NCBI GenBank assembly: GCA_038087875.1
Contig: CM075991.1
Coordinates: forward strand, 744,001 to 808,000
Origin: Malacoraja senta
Taxonomy: Eukaryota
DNA: 64,000 nt
Direction: 5' to 3'
Shown here: positions 1 through 12,173 of the stretch, one piece after another
Layout: each line of letters starts with the position of its first letter
Numbering within the stretch: the stretch's first letter is position 1
Notes under the pieces: generated by a model
Seen by the model: the letters and a program-made list of their open reading frames with translations, nothing else
Database searches by the model: none
Told to the model about the DNA's origin: nothing
Translations under genes and position numbers: made by a program

Positions 1-181
1 AGGATGGGACTATCCCATTGTTTAAGAAACAGTTAGACAGGTACATAGATGGGACAGGTTTGGAGGGATATGGACAAGGCGCAGGCAGGTAGGACTAGTG
101 TAGCTGGGACATGTTGGCCGGTATGGGCAAGTTGGGCCGAAGGGCCTGTTTCCACACTGTATCACTCTATGACTATGACTC
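1..181 (+). mobile_element. CR1/HER1-like LINE 3' end
   Basis: ...tttaagaaacagttagacagg...gggccgaagggcctgtttccacactgtatcactctatgactatgact tail, the same family as 55920-56295 and 24446-24795. Confidence 0.8.
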
Positions 182-194
182 TTTAATTCCATTA

Positions 195-470
195 GGGGCA
201 GCACAGTGGCGCAGCAGTAGAGTTGCTGCCTTACAGTGCCAGAGACACGGGTTCAATTCAGACTACGGGTGCTGTCTGTTCAGAGTTTGTATGTTCTCCC
301 TGTGACCACTTGGGTTTTCTCTGGGTGCGCCAGTTTCCTCCCACACTCTAAAGATGTTCACGTTTGTAGGTTAATTGGCTTCAGTAAAATTGCAAATTGG
401 CCCTAGTGTTAGTATACAGGGTGATCACTGGAAGGCCTGTTTCTGTGCTGTATCTCCAAAGTGTCAAGTT
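195..470 (+). mobile_element. tRNA-derived V-SINE (HE1/MER6-like)
   Basis: A-box-like GTGGCGCAGCAGTAGAG, B-box-like GGGTTCAATTC, central gagtttgtatgttctccc...ttcctcccacac domain, 3' tail shared with the CR1/HER1 end. Confidence 0.8.
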
Positions 471-2059
471 TAAGGTAAAACTTTTCATTTCATTAAATTG
501 GCTCTCTTCTAATTAAGAACCTTCATATTTGACAGTTCTTTGTTACTTTCTGTAACTTTGCAAACTCCAGTGACACTGATATCTAGAATGCGCTGCCACA
601 GGAGGTGGTGGGATCAGATATAATCACTATGTTTGATGTAAATGGGATTAGTGTAGGTGGGAAAACGGCCGGCATTGCCATGGTGGGCTGTTTCTGTGAT
701 GCTCGACTTTGACTGTGGACACAGGGCCTTTTCACAGCAATTGGCGCGATGTTTACTATCACTCTGAAATTCAACCTCGGGTTTACTGTAGTTCATTGAA
801 CCCTGTCGCAGTCTGTGTAACTGATATAGGACCCAAGGCAGTGAGTGTTCAATCAACATTCTGTGTCAGCTGAGATCATTACTACTGCTTTGGCTTCTAA
901 TTCTCTCCATGGTTGGCTAATAGGGCACACTTGTTTTGCTTGCAAAAATTGTGAGTGCAGCCTCTGAGTTTAAGTTTCATTTGCATGGCAGACAATCTGT
1001 TCTTGGTTCCAAAATTATTTTCTGCAATGCTATGTTTAAATCAAGTATCAATTGGCCAGCATTCAGAAGAGTCAGAGTTTAGCAGCAGCTGTGTGGGTTG
1101 CTGGAAGCTGCACTCCTCGCCCCACAATTGACAGATTGTTTCATCTGAGGTGCTGGCTATTTATTCTGCTGAGATTTTCTTCTGCTTTTAATGTTTAATG
1201 TGGAAATTCTTCCAGGAGTTGGTAGGTAAATTACTCAGCAAAGTGAAACTGAGCTACACAGGCCAAGATGGTTCAATGTACAGTCGATGCTGATATCCCT
1301 GACCCAAGTGGATTGTAGGTATGCCAGCATTAAACTCGGTGATTGTTGGTTGGGGATGAATCGCCCAAGGTTCCCATCACCCACTGAGCACTTCCTACTA
1401 CTCTCCCGTGGGAAAATGTTTGTTGTTTATCCATAGGACAAGGGCAGATTAAGATTTCACTCTAATTATGCATACTACCCAGGAAATAGCCTAATAAATT
1501 GACATAATGTATGTTACTGATGCAAATTCTCATTGTATGACATTGAGGATTAAATTATTTTTAAGAGTGATGTTGATTTGTTGTGTGCATTGATACCCAG
1601 GCCTGGAGCACAGCTGCTCACCATTTTAACCATATAACCATTACAGCACGGAAACAGGCTATCTCGGCCCTTCAAGTCCGTGCCGAACAATTTTTTTTTT
1701 TAATTAAATTTTTTTTTTTTAATTTAAATTTTTTTTTTAGCTGTGCTTGGTCCAGTTGGTCACAAGAGAGGGGAGCACAACTCAAATCTTCTGGCGTATC
1801 ACGGAGTCAAACAGTTCAAAAACACTTCAGCCCACCAAGGCCACACTGGCCATGGCAAACATTAATAATAATCTCATTTACCTGCAATAGGTCCCAAGCC
1901 TTCCCGGCCTTACTGATTGAGATGTTTGTCTGGACGCTGCTTACATGTGAGATACCTGCCTCCACAACCTCCGCAGCAGTGTACTCCACAATCCAACCAT
2001 CCTGTGTGGGAGGGGGTGGGGAGGGGGTGCCTTCTATACTTCCTACCATTTGCCATTGC

Positions 2060-2852
2060 AACTCCCTGGTTAACTCATCCCTTCCCACTCAAACCAGCCC
2101 CTCCCCTTCCCCAGCAACCGCAAGAGGTGCAACACTTGTCCCTATACCTCCTCCCTCAACTCTGTCCAGGGTCCCCGACAGTCCTTTCAGGTTAGGCAGA
2201 AGTTCACTTGTTCCTCCAACCTCATCTACTGTATCCGTTGTTCTAGATGTGGACTCTTATACATCGGAGAGACCAAACATAGACTGGGCAATCGTTTCGC
2301 TAAACACCTTCGCTCAGTCCGCCTGAACCAACCTGATCTCCCGGTTGCCAAACACTTTAATTCCCCTTCCCATTCCCACACTGACCTTTCTGGCCTGGGC
2401 CTCCTCCAATGTCAGAGTGAGGCCAAATGCAAATTGGAGGACCAGCACCTCATATTTCACTTGGGCAGCTTACAACCCAGTGGTATGAATATTGATTTCT
2501 CTAACATCAAATAACCCTTGCATTCTCTCCTCTCTATCCATCCCTCCCCCACCCGAGTCGTCTTGTTGAGTCTCATTGTCTGTAACTCGTTTTCACCTAG
2601 CCCACTGCTAACATTGGCCTTTCCTTTATCATTGTTACTTTTTGCATATGTTTCATTCATTTATTCTTATCTCTCTACATCAGCGTCTATATCTTTCGTT
2701 TCCCTTTCCCCTGACTCTCAGTCTGAAGAAGAGTCTTGACCTGAAACGTCACCTATTCTTTTTCTCCAGAGATGCTGCCTGACTCGCTGTTACTCCAGCT
2801 TTTTGTTTGTTTATTTGGTTTGAACCAGCATCTGCAGTTCCTTCCTGCACAT
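2060..2852 (+). mobile_element. Penelope-like element 3' fragment (GIY-YIG endonuclease relic, 3' UTR, terminal HHR unit)
   Basis: Homologous to 15208-15956; decayed LIYC..RCGLLYIGETK..LGNRFAKHLRS; ends in ctgaagaagagtcttgacctgaaacgtc...gcagttccttcctgcaca. Confidence 0.85.
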
Positions 2853-3009
2853 GTCGCCTATCCATGTGCTCCCAGGTGTTTATGTGACCTTAGCTCATCT
2901 AGCAAGCCGATACATTCATTAGGTTAGCCAGCATCTGTGGAAAGAGAAAGAGGTGATGTTTCAGGTTGAAGACCCTTCGTCAGAACTTTACATGTGTGCT
3001 ACCTATTCT

Positions 3010-3322
3010 TAATTTAGTTTAATTTACAGATACGGCACGAAAACAGGCCCTTTGGCCCACCGATTCCGCGCCGACCAGCGATCCCCACACACTAACGCTA
3101 CCCTGCACACACTAGGGATAATTTACACTTATACCAAGCCAATTAACCTACAAACCTGTACGTCTTTGGAGTGTGGGAGGAAACCGAAGATCTCGGAGAA
3201 AACGGTCACGGGGAGAAGGTACAAACTCCGTACAGGCAGCATCCGTAGTCGGGATGAAACCCGGGTCTCCGGCGCCACAAGCGCTGTAAGGCAGCAACTC
3301 TACCGCTGCGCCACCATGCCGC
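3010..3322 (-). mobile_element. V-SINE (HE1-like), full length
   Basis: Reverse complement of the SINE consensus; 8-bp TSD CCTATTCT at 3002-3009 and 3323-3330. Confidence 0.85.
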
Positions 3323-3513
3323 CCTATTCTGGTGGACTTAGATCCTTCTCTCCGTGGGCTGATAAAAATTACCTTAGCTAGGTCAGTGTATAATAAGATG
3401 TAAATTTAGTCTGCAATACTCTCTCACCTTTGTTATTTTCCAATCCACAAATGTGCTTTTGTTTTAATTTTAGGTTGCATTTATTCAGTGCCTGTTTCTA
3501 TTTTATTTTCCAG

Positions 3514-3583
3514 TGGGCAACACTACGAATAGAAAGGGGAGCCCGGGAGAGGAAGCACCTGATCTACAAGACTAACGCTAATG
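3514..3583 (+). CDS. GPAT4: GPAT4/AGPAT6 coding exon (first one in window; preceding coding exon lies upstream of the window)
   Basis: ttttattttccag| acceptor, |gtaggt donor; encodes WATLRIERGARERKHLIYKTNANG, resembling recalled human GPAT4 WATLRMERGAKEKNHQLYKPYTNG; 70 nt, phase 0-1. Confidence 0.9.
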
Positions 3584-3621
3584 GTAGGTGCTAATGGTGA
3601 ATATCCTGGTGTTTGGACAAT

Positions 3622-5060
3622 GTGTAGGAAGGAACTGCAGATGCTGGTTTAAACCGAAGATCAACACAAAATGCTGGAGTAACTCAGCGGGACAGGCAGC
3701 ATCTCTGGAGAGAAGGAATGGGTGATGTTTCGGGTCGAGACCCTTCTTCAGACTGGTTAGGGATAAGGGAACGAGAGATATAGACGATGATGTAGAGAGA
3801 TAAAGAACAATGAATGAAAGATATGCAAAAAAGTAACGATGATAAAGGAAACAGGCCATTGTTAGCTGTTTGTTGGGTGAAAACAAGAAGCTAGTGCAAC
3901 TTGGGTGGGGGAGGGATAGAGAGAGAGGGAATGCCGGGGCTACCTGAAGTGAGAGAAATCAATATTCATACCACTGGGCTGTAAGCTGCCCAAGCGAAAT
4001 ATGAGGTGCTGTTCCTCCAATTTGGGTTTAGCCTCACTCTGACAATGGAGGAGACCTAGGACAGAAAGCTCTGTGTGGGAATGGGAAGGAGAATTAAAAT
4101 GTTTGGCAACCGGGAGATCAGTTAGGTTCAGGCGGGCTGAGTGAAGGTGTTCAGTGAAACGATCGCCCAGTCTGCGTTTGTTCTCGCCGATGTATAAAAG
4201 TCCACATCTTGAACAACGGATACAGTAGATGAGGTTGGAGGAGGTGCAAGTGAACCTCTGCCTAACCTGAAAGGACTGTCGGGGTCCCTGGACAGAGTCG
4301 AGGGAGGAGGTATAGCGGAAAGGTGTTGCATCTTCTGCGGTTGCAGGGTAAGGTACCTGGGGAGGGGATGGTTTGGGTGGGAAGGGATGAGGGAACCAGG
4401 GAGTTGCGGAGGGAACAGTCTCTGTGGAAGGCGGAAAGGGGTGGAGATGGGAAAATGTGACTAGTGGTGGGATCCCGTTGGATGTGGCTGAAATTTTGGA
4501 GGATTATGTGTTGTATATGACGGCTGACGGGGTGGAAGGTAAGGACTAGTGGACCCTGTCTCTGTTGTGACTAGGGGGAGGGGAAGCAAGGGCGGAGCTG
4601 CGGGTTACTGAGGAGACACGAGTGAGGGCCTCATCTATGATGGGAGAGGGGAACCACCGTTCCCTAAAGAATGAGGACATCTCGGATGTCCTAGTATGGA
4701 ACACCTCATCTTGAGCGCAGATGTGGCGTAGACGGAGGAATTGGGAGTAGGGGATAGCAGGGTAGGAAGAAGTGTAGTCGAGATAGTTGTGGGAGTCAGT
4801 GGGTTGGTAATAGACATCAGTCAATAGTCTATTTCCTGTGATGGAGAAAGGGGAGGGAGGTGTCGGAGATGGTCCAAGTAAATTTGAATGCAGGATGAAA
4901 ATTGGTGGTGAAGTTGAAGTCCATGATGTTGGTTTAAAAGAACTGCAGATGCTGGTTTAAACCGAAGATAGACACAAAATGCTGGAGTTACTCAGCAGGA
5001 CAGGCAGCATCTCTGGAGAGAAGGAATGGATGACTTTTCGGGTCGAGACCCTTCTTCAGA
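3622..5060 (-). mobile_element. Penelope-like element (RT C-terminus, GIY-YIG) with HHR units in direct orientation at both ends
   Basis: Minus-strand ORF relic TDVYYQPTDSHNYLDYTSS..IPYSQFLRLRHIC (PLE thumb region); terminal units at 3622-3755 and 4937-5060. Confidence 0.85.
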
Positions 5061-5394
5061 ATCAATTGAGCAAGTTTTCTGGTTAGAGATGGCTTGGTCT
5101 CGAGCAGAATTTGACTGATCTGTTAAGGAGATCATTTTCTAATTCAACAGTGGAAGTGAAGCACCAGCATTGAATAGAAATTTTCAGCAAGAGCAGTTAC
5201 GATTTGCAAGACTTGTTGCTCTTTGCTATTTACTTACGTTCTGTAAATAAACCAAGGCAGCCTTATGAACTATTGGTCAATTTGTACTGTACTAGTCCAA
5301 ACTGTTGCAAAGTTGGGACATTTGAAACAATTAAAGCGTAATACACAGATCAAAATGCCTCCATGTTTTATGTATGCAAAATGCCTCCCTTGAC

Positions 5395-5648
5395 TCTGTC
5401 AAAGCCGCCACAGCCAGACATATAAGCAGCTTTTTACCACGAGCAGCAGCTCTACTCAACAGCCAAAAGTCTGTAGCCTCCTTGCGCTCTGGTATTTTAT
5501 TTCATTTTTCACATATTTAAATTATAATGTTTTATTTTTAATTGTCTACTGTAAATCGCGTTGTTATTTGCGAGCAAAGCACCAAGGCAAATTCCTTGTA
5601 TAAATACATATTTGGCTAATAAAATTTATTCAATTCAATTCAATTCAA
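5395..5648 (+). mobile_element. 3' end of an L2/Rex-like LINE
   Basis: Ends gcaccaaggcaaattccttgt...ttggctaataaa followed by a (ttcaa)n tail. Confidence 0.5.
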
Positions 5649-5862
5649 TGTATAATTAATCTGTCATGGATTTTTTTTCCTTGGCATTGTGGCATCTCTT
5701 GATTTGTACAAAGCACGTTCTCTCTCTGTTGATAATATCTCCAACAGATATTGCTGCATTGCGCCGTTAAAGTTAGGTTTTGAGCACAGTAGCCTGCTGA
5801 TTTCAATATTTTGAGTACAATATATCTGGTGACTTTTCCATAGAGTGTTTACCTTCTTCAGA

Positions 5863-5890
5863 CTGAAGAAGGGTCTCGACCCGAAACGTC
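5863..5890 (+). ncRNA. minimal type-I hammerhead ribozyme core (PLE type), intact consensus
   Basis: CTGAAGA-a-GGGT(ctcg)ACCC-GAAA-CG-TC: both conserved boxes, 4-bp stem II, palindromic ACGT stem III. Activity untested. Confidence 0.6.
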
Positions 5891-8814
5891 ACCTATTCCT
5901 TCGCTCCGTAGATGCTGCCTCACCCGCTGAGTTTCTCCAATATTTTTGTCTACCTTTATTCTTCCAGGATCTATCTTTGGCAAAGCCAGTATTTCCTGTG
6001 TATTCTTATCTTCCCATGGGGAGACTGTAACTGCTGGGCGCTAGTGGTAATGGGAATTAGTGGATAGGATGATGGATGGCCAACCAATCCAATGGTCTGC
6101 TTTGGAACACATGGAACTGCAAATGCTGGAATCTCGGGCAAAGCACAAACTGCTGGAGGAACTTAGAGCACTGCAGAGCAGACAGCATCTGGGAAGGGAA
6201 TGGACAAGGCAACATTTCGGGTCTTCTGACAAATGGTCTGCTTTGGATCTACCTTGGATTTGAGGAATGGTCCTGACCCGAAACCCCACCTATCCATGCT
6301 CTCCAGAGATGCAGCCTGACCCACTGAGTTACTGCAGCACTTAGTGTTATTTTTGTAAACCAGCATCTGCAGGTCCTTGTTTCTAAGTGTGCTTCTTTGT
6401 CTTGCATGATGTGGAACTCCTTGATTGTTGTTGTGGTTGTCCTCATTCATGCAAGTGCAGAGTATTTCCGCCCACTCCTGACTATGGGGTGTCATGAGGT
6501 AAGTCACATCAAGGTGTCGACCATCAGATGTGTTTTTTATGTGGCTGGTCCAGTTGAGTTGCTAACATCTGGGATGTTGATGATGGGAACTTGGTGATGC
6601 TAATGCCATTTAATATCAAGAATATGTGGATGGACTTTCTCTCGCTGGAGAAAATCATTGCCTGGCACTTTTGTGGCATTGATGTCACAGTGGGTGTCAA
6701 GGGCAGTCACCCCACCACTGGAATTCAACATTCTGGTCCATGCAAGGAGTTGAGGTGTTGGGGAGCTCCATCAGTAAGCAGGTACTTGGAGAATCAGAGC
6801 CAGTTAAAAACACAGTTAGTGACTTCTTCCATTGCTCTGCTGATTTATAGTAAGCTGTGTGGATGGCAATTAGTCAGGTTGGATTTGTCAGCTCTTTGTT
6901 AAACAGGTCATCTTCCCACATTGTCCAAGCCACATTACTATCACATCTTGAATAGAGACACAGTTGTGGCGTGGTGGACTGATTACTGTGGGAATGCCCC
7001 ACGAGCCTTTGTTGTGTCCAGTGCTCTCAGGCATTGAATTGAATTGGCTGAAGATGCTCCATCTTGTCTTCCTCCTGAGAGCCTCACCAACGCAGGATCC
7101 ATTCTCCAACTAGTGCAACACTGCACATGGTGTCACAGAATGGGTGAGAGCATTGGATACTTCAAAGACTGGGGCTAAATGACATCTCATCTGGTGTACT
7201 GCTGACCTACGCTTCAGATCCAACTGTGCCATGAGGCAAGCTGTTCCAGTACCATTCCAACACTAGTATCTACCAGAAAATGTGTAAAAATGCTTAGTTA
7301 TGCCCTTTTCACAAAATACAGAGCAAACCCAATTCAGCTAATCAAAGGTTCCGAGGGTATTTTATTGTCACGTGTACCAATTAAGGCACAGTGATATTCG
7401 ATTTAGTGTGTAATCTGTCAAAGACTTGTACAAGATGATGGAAAATGATAATCAATAGTTTTATCTCGTAGATAGACACAAAAAATCCCTTCATAAGAAG
7501 GGTGTCGATCTGAAACATCACCTATTCCTTTTTTTCCAGGGATGCTGCCTGACACGCTTAGTTACTCCAGCTTTTTGTGTCTCTGGTGTAAACCAGCATT
7601 CCGACACAAGATTGGGGTTCTGTCAGACCTCTATAGCCCCAGACCTCTACTTCAAACATGGGCCGAAAAACAATATTCTCGGAGTGAGATGAGTGTGTTT
7701 GCCCTTGACATCAAGCCAATGTTAGACCAGGTGTGGCATCAAGGAGCCAGGGATCCGGGTTCGATCCTGACTACGGTGCTGACTGCTTGGACTTTTACGT
7801 TCTTCCTGTGATCATGTGGGTTTTCTCCGGGTGTTACGGTTTCCGCCCACATTCCAAAGATGTGCAGGTTTGCAGTTTAACTGCCTTCTGTAAATTGCCC
7901 CTAGTACACAGGATGTGAAAGTGGGAAAACATAGAACTAGTGTACAGATGATCGATGATAGGCATGGACTTGGTGGGCTGAAGGGCCCACGCTATCTCTG
8001 TAAACAGGTCAAAGTGCATCAGGATCCTAGATACAACAGAGAAACAGGCCCTTCGGTCCAACTCATCATGCTGACCAAGTTGCCTACCTGAGCCTATTCG
8101 AATTGACCGCGTTTTGCCTCTAACCTTTTCCTGTCCACATGTCTGTCTAAATATCTGTTAAATGTTGTAATGGTATCGGCCTCTATCACTTCCTATGCCT
8201 TGTTCTATGTACCCACCAACCTGTGTGTCTGAAAACGTTCCCTTTGGATTCCCTTTAAATCTCTCACCTCAAACCAATGGCCGCTAGTTTGAGATTCTCC
8301 TACCCTGGAGAAAAGATTGACCATTGACCTTATCTAGGCCCATCATGATTTTATATATCTTCAACAAGGACTTTGATAAGATCAGCCATGATCACAGTGA
8401 ATGGCAGTGCTGGCTTGAAGGGCCGCATGGCCTACTCCTGCACCTATTGTCTATTGTTCTGCATGATAGGCTGCTGGAGAAGGTTAGATTGCAAGGGAAA
8501 CAGGGAGAGCGAGTTAACTAGATACCGAATTGTAGACACAAGGACCTACAGATGCTGGAATCTTGCCTAGAAGACCAACTGCTGGAATAACTCAGCGGGT
8601 CAGGCAGCATGGACATGGATAGGCAACGTTTCAGGTTGGGAGCCCTCTTAAGACTGATTGTTGTGGGGGAGAGAAAGCTGTACAAGAGGAGGGACCGGGA
8701 CAAAGCCTGGCGAACGATAGGTGGATATCGGTAAGAGGGATTTTTGATTTGGCAGATGACTGGACAAAGAGTCCAATTGTGGTTTCACCAATGACTTGTA
8801 AAGTTGTGACATGA

Positions 8815-9053
8815 AGGGCCCGTCCCACTTGGGCGTTATTTGCACGTCACGCAGGTGGCGCTCGAGGATTTTGAGAATCCCAAAATCCTGGGATGCCGTG
8901 CGCTACCGAGCGTCACTGCCTACGTCACCACGCGCCATGCGCGCATAATGCACACCATGCGCGCATCACGCGTGCGTTACGACGCGTGCGTCGTGATGCG
9001 TAAGCGATGTCGCGTAAATGACGTGCAAATGACGCCCAAGTGGGACAGGCCCT
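8815..9053. mobile_element. MITE, PIF/Harbinger-like
   Basis: 35-bp TIRs AGGGCC(C/T)GTCCCACTTGGGCGT(T/C)ATTTGCACGTCA; 3-bp TSD TGA (8812-8814, 9054-9056); no transposase; CpG-rich. Confidence 0.85.
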
Positions 9054-10183
9054 TGACGTTCCAACTTCTTTATTCAATGCCCTTACTAATGAAGACCAAT
9101 GCCTTCCTCACTACCTTGTGTGTCTGTGTCGCCACTTTCAGGGAATATGTACTTGTTTCCCTTGGGTGCCTCTGTTCTACAACATTCTCCAGGCCCTGCC
9201 ATTTACTGTGTACATCCCTCGTTTATCTTCCCAAAGGTATCACTCAGCACTTATCCGAGTTAAATACTATCTAAAAATGACACAAAGTGCTGGAGTAACT
9301 CAGCGGGTCAGGTAGCATCTCTGGAGAACATGGATAGGTGATGTTTCGGGTCAGACTCCTCTTCAGACTGATCCACCTGACATTCATCAGCCTATTTTTC
9401 CCAGTTGATCTAAATCCTGTTGTAATCTTAGATAGCCTTCACTGTCCACTGTACCACCAAATTTGGTGTCATCCACAAACTTACTAACCAAACTTGCCAA
9501 CTACTACATTCCCATTCAAAATCATTAATATAGATGGCAAACAACTGTGAACCCTGTGGCACACTACACAGGCATCCCAACTTCTACCCTCTCTCCTTCC
9601 ACCAAGCCAATTCTTTATCCAGTTGCTCAACCTGGATCCCTCTCAACCTTCCAGACCAACCTACCACCCTTCGGTATTCCGGTACCTCAACCAACGCTAA
9701 CCATGGCAAATATCTTTGCTGGGATCCCAGCAATTTCCTCTCTGGCTTCCCACAATGTCTGAGGATGCACCCAGTCAGGCTTTGGGGATGTATCCACCCT
9801 TGCATTTTAAGAGAGTCATCTCCTCCTCTTTTATGAGGTGAATATGTTCATCTTCCCTGAACTCAGCTTGGCCATGGTAATACAAACAAAAAATGTTCAT
9901 TTAAGACTTTGAGGGAAATACTCACAGGACGGAGTTAAACCTTGCACGGGGGTGGTTGTGATTGTCAAAGACTATTAAACCCAACCCCAGCACATCTTTA
10001 CAGGAGTTGCTCCAGACCATGTCCCAGGGGTCAGTATCATCACGTTTCATCAAAGACTGACCATCATAAACATTGAGGCTGGGATATTCACTGATGATTG
10101 CACCACGATAAATTTGATTTACAACTCCTCATCAAATGCAGCAGTTCATCTCTGCATGTGAAAAGACATAGAACAAATTTAGG

Positions 10184-10569
10184 CTGAATTCAGTCTGATG
10201 AAGGGTCTCGACCCGAAATGTTACCCATTCCTCGTCTCCAGAGATGCTGCCTGTCCTGCTGAGTTACTCCAGCATTTTGTGTCTACCTTCGATTTAACCA
10301 GCATCTGCAGTTCTTTCCTACACATTTTGTCCACTCCACTGCAAAATCTCCTCAAGGTATGTCTACTTTGAAGAAGTTCCCCTCCTCTCTCTGACGAGAG
10401 TTCAGCAACATCCTCTCTCACTGCTACCCCTCTGTGAATCAGTCTGAAGAAGGGTCTCGACCCAAAACGTCTCCCATTCCTTCTCTCCAGAGATGCTGCC
10501 TGTCCCGCTGAGTTACTCCAGCATTTTGGGTCTACCTTCGATTTAAACCAGCATCTGCAGTTCCTCCCT
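10184..10569 (+). mobile_element. non-autonomous PLE derivative with two tandem HHR units (retrozyme/TRIM-like)
   Basis: Units at ~10191-10324 and ~10440-10569 separated by ~115 nt; exact 13-bp TSD GAACAAATTTAGG (10171-10183, 10570-10582). Confidence 0.8.
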
Positions 10570-11447
10570 GAACAAATTTAGGGATGGACTGATGAGTGGC
10601 AGGTAACATTTGTGCCACAACACCGTCAGGCAATGGCCATCTCCAGCATTCAGCGGCATTCTCAACCCGAAACATCACCCATTCACGTTCCCCAGAGATA
10701 CTGCCTGACCTGCTGAGTTACTCCAGCACTTTGTGTTATTTTTTGCTACTTTCAGTGTGTTTATAACATTATGGACTGTGGTGGTTATTAGCATGAATGT
10801 TTCCTGTCCATGTTTGCCCTGACACCGTGAGGGTTTGCGGTATCTGGAGGTGACATTGAGCATTGTGGCTACTTCATCTATTTATGTACCCGTATGCTGA
10901 CCCCCTGTGGTGCGGCTCACCTGCTGGTGGAACAGAACATGCACACCGATTGTTAGGGTCCAGTCTGGCAGTTCTAAGGTATTCTTTGATGATAACTACA
11001 TCAGATTGTTGATTGACACCTCACCCAATTTAACGATGCCAGTTCTCAGATGTTTAACAAGGATTTTTTAATGTTGATGGCTGGGAGCAACTTTGTCGTG
11101 TCTGAATTCAATGCTGAAGTCAATCCTGCAAGGTCTGTCAAGTTTCACCATGTTTTAAATATAGATGACCAGTTTGCTAGGCCATTTTTGGCAGTCATTT
11201 AAGAGTCTACCACTTAACTACTCTGAGTGAAGACGTTAATCCTCACTTTCCCCTTGTATCTTTTTCTTGAAATCAGTGTTCCCAGTTCCTTGAACAATCT
11301 AATAATGGATGTTGTTATGTAGGACCCGAGGGACTATCAGAAAGACAGATGGGAGTAACTTCTCTATTTACTCTGCAGAAACCAGTTATTGGATTGGTGA
11401 CGTTTTGGGTCTGATATTTCGGGTCAAAATGTCACCTATCCATGTTC

Positions 11448-11578
11448 GGCGGTAGGCAAAAGTACTGGAGAAACTCAGCGGGTACGGCAGCATCTATGGA
11501 GCGAAGGAAATAGGCAACGTTTCGGGCCGAAACCCTTCTTCAGACTCGATTTTCCAGCATCTGCAGTTCCTTCTTGAA
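11448..11578. mobile_element. PLE HHR unit with inverted 5' part, nested in an older unit
   Basis: Antisense arm with intact HHR core (minus strand, 11516-11543), then sense 3' tail; TSD CACCTATCCATGTTC at 11433-11447 and 11579-11593. Confidence 0.8.
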
Positions 11579-12173
11579 CACCTATCCATGTTCTCCAGTG
11601 TTGCTGCCTGACCTGGAGTTATTCCAGTACTTTGTCTTTTTTTTGTATAAATCAGCATCTGCATTTCCTTTTGCACACGTTTCTGAAGTCTCTCGGCCAT
11701 TTGCTCCTTTTGGTGAAGAACCCCAGAGCCCCTGGTCTAACAATGCCGTGAGATGCCTCATTCTTGGAGCCATTTCGAGTGGGTGTCACTGTTAATCCTT
11801 CTTCATTCCTATCGTGCTGCAACTAGAAGCAAACATACCATTTCGGATGTGGTGTAGCCAGCTTTTTGAATTCATCATGAGTTGCCTGCTTTTGAATTTT
11901 GTGACTCTATATAAGTCACAAATGTTTTACTAACTACTGACAATATATTTTGTAACCTTCAGAATATATGTACCTATGTACTGAGACCACAGAACTGTCA
12001 GTTCCTGCGCAATGCTCAAAATTGACATTTAGTTTGTATTGTCTCTCCTTATTCTTTCTATCAAAATATAATACTTCCCTCTTCTTATATTTCATTTCAT
12101 TTGTCCCTTATCTGTCCATTCAGCTGGCCTGCAGTCCATTTACAAGGTTTGTAAATTTGGAAATGTTACCTTG

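Noticed and set aside
195..270. tRNA genes at SINE heads
   Set aside because: A/B boxes run straight into the V-domain and LINE tail; no full cloverleaf.
1583..2326. 247-aa ORF as a host gene
   Set aside because: Runs through a T-rich tract, a CR1 relic and an off-frame PLE fragment; no coherent domain or splice context.
1..3513. First GPAT4 coding exon or promoter
   Set aside because: No ATG-initiated hydrophobic N-terminal exon with a phase-0 donor and no CpG island found; presumed upstream of the window.
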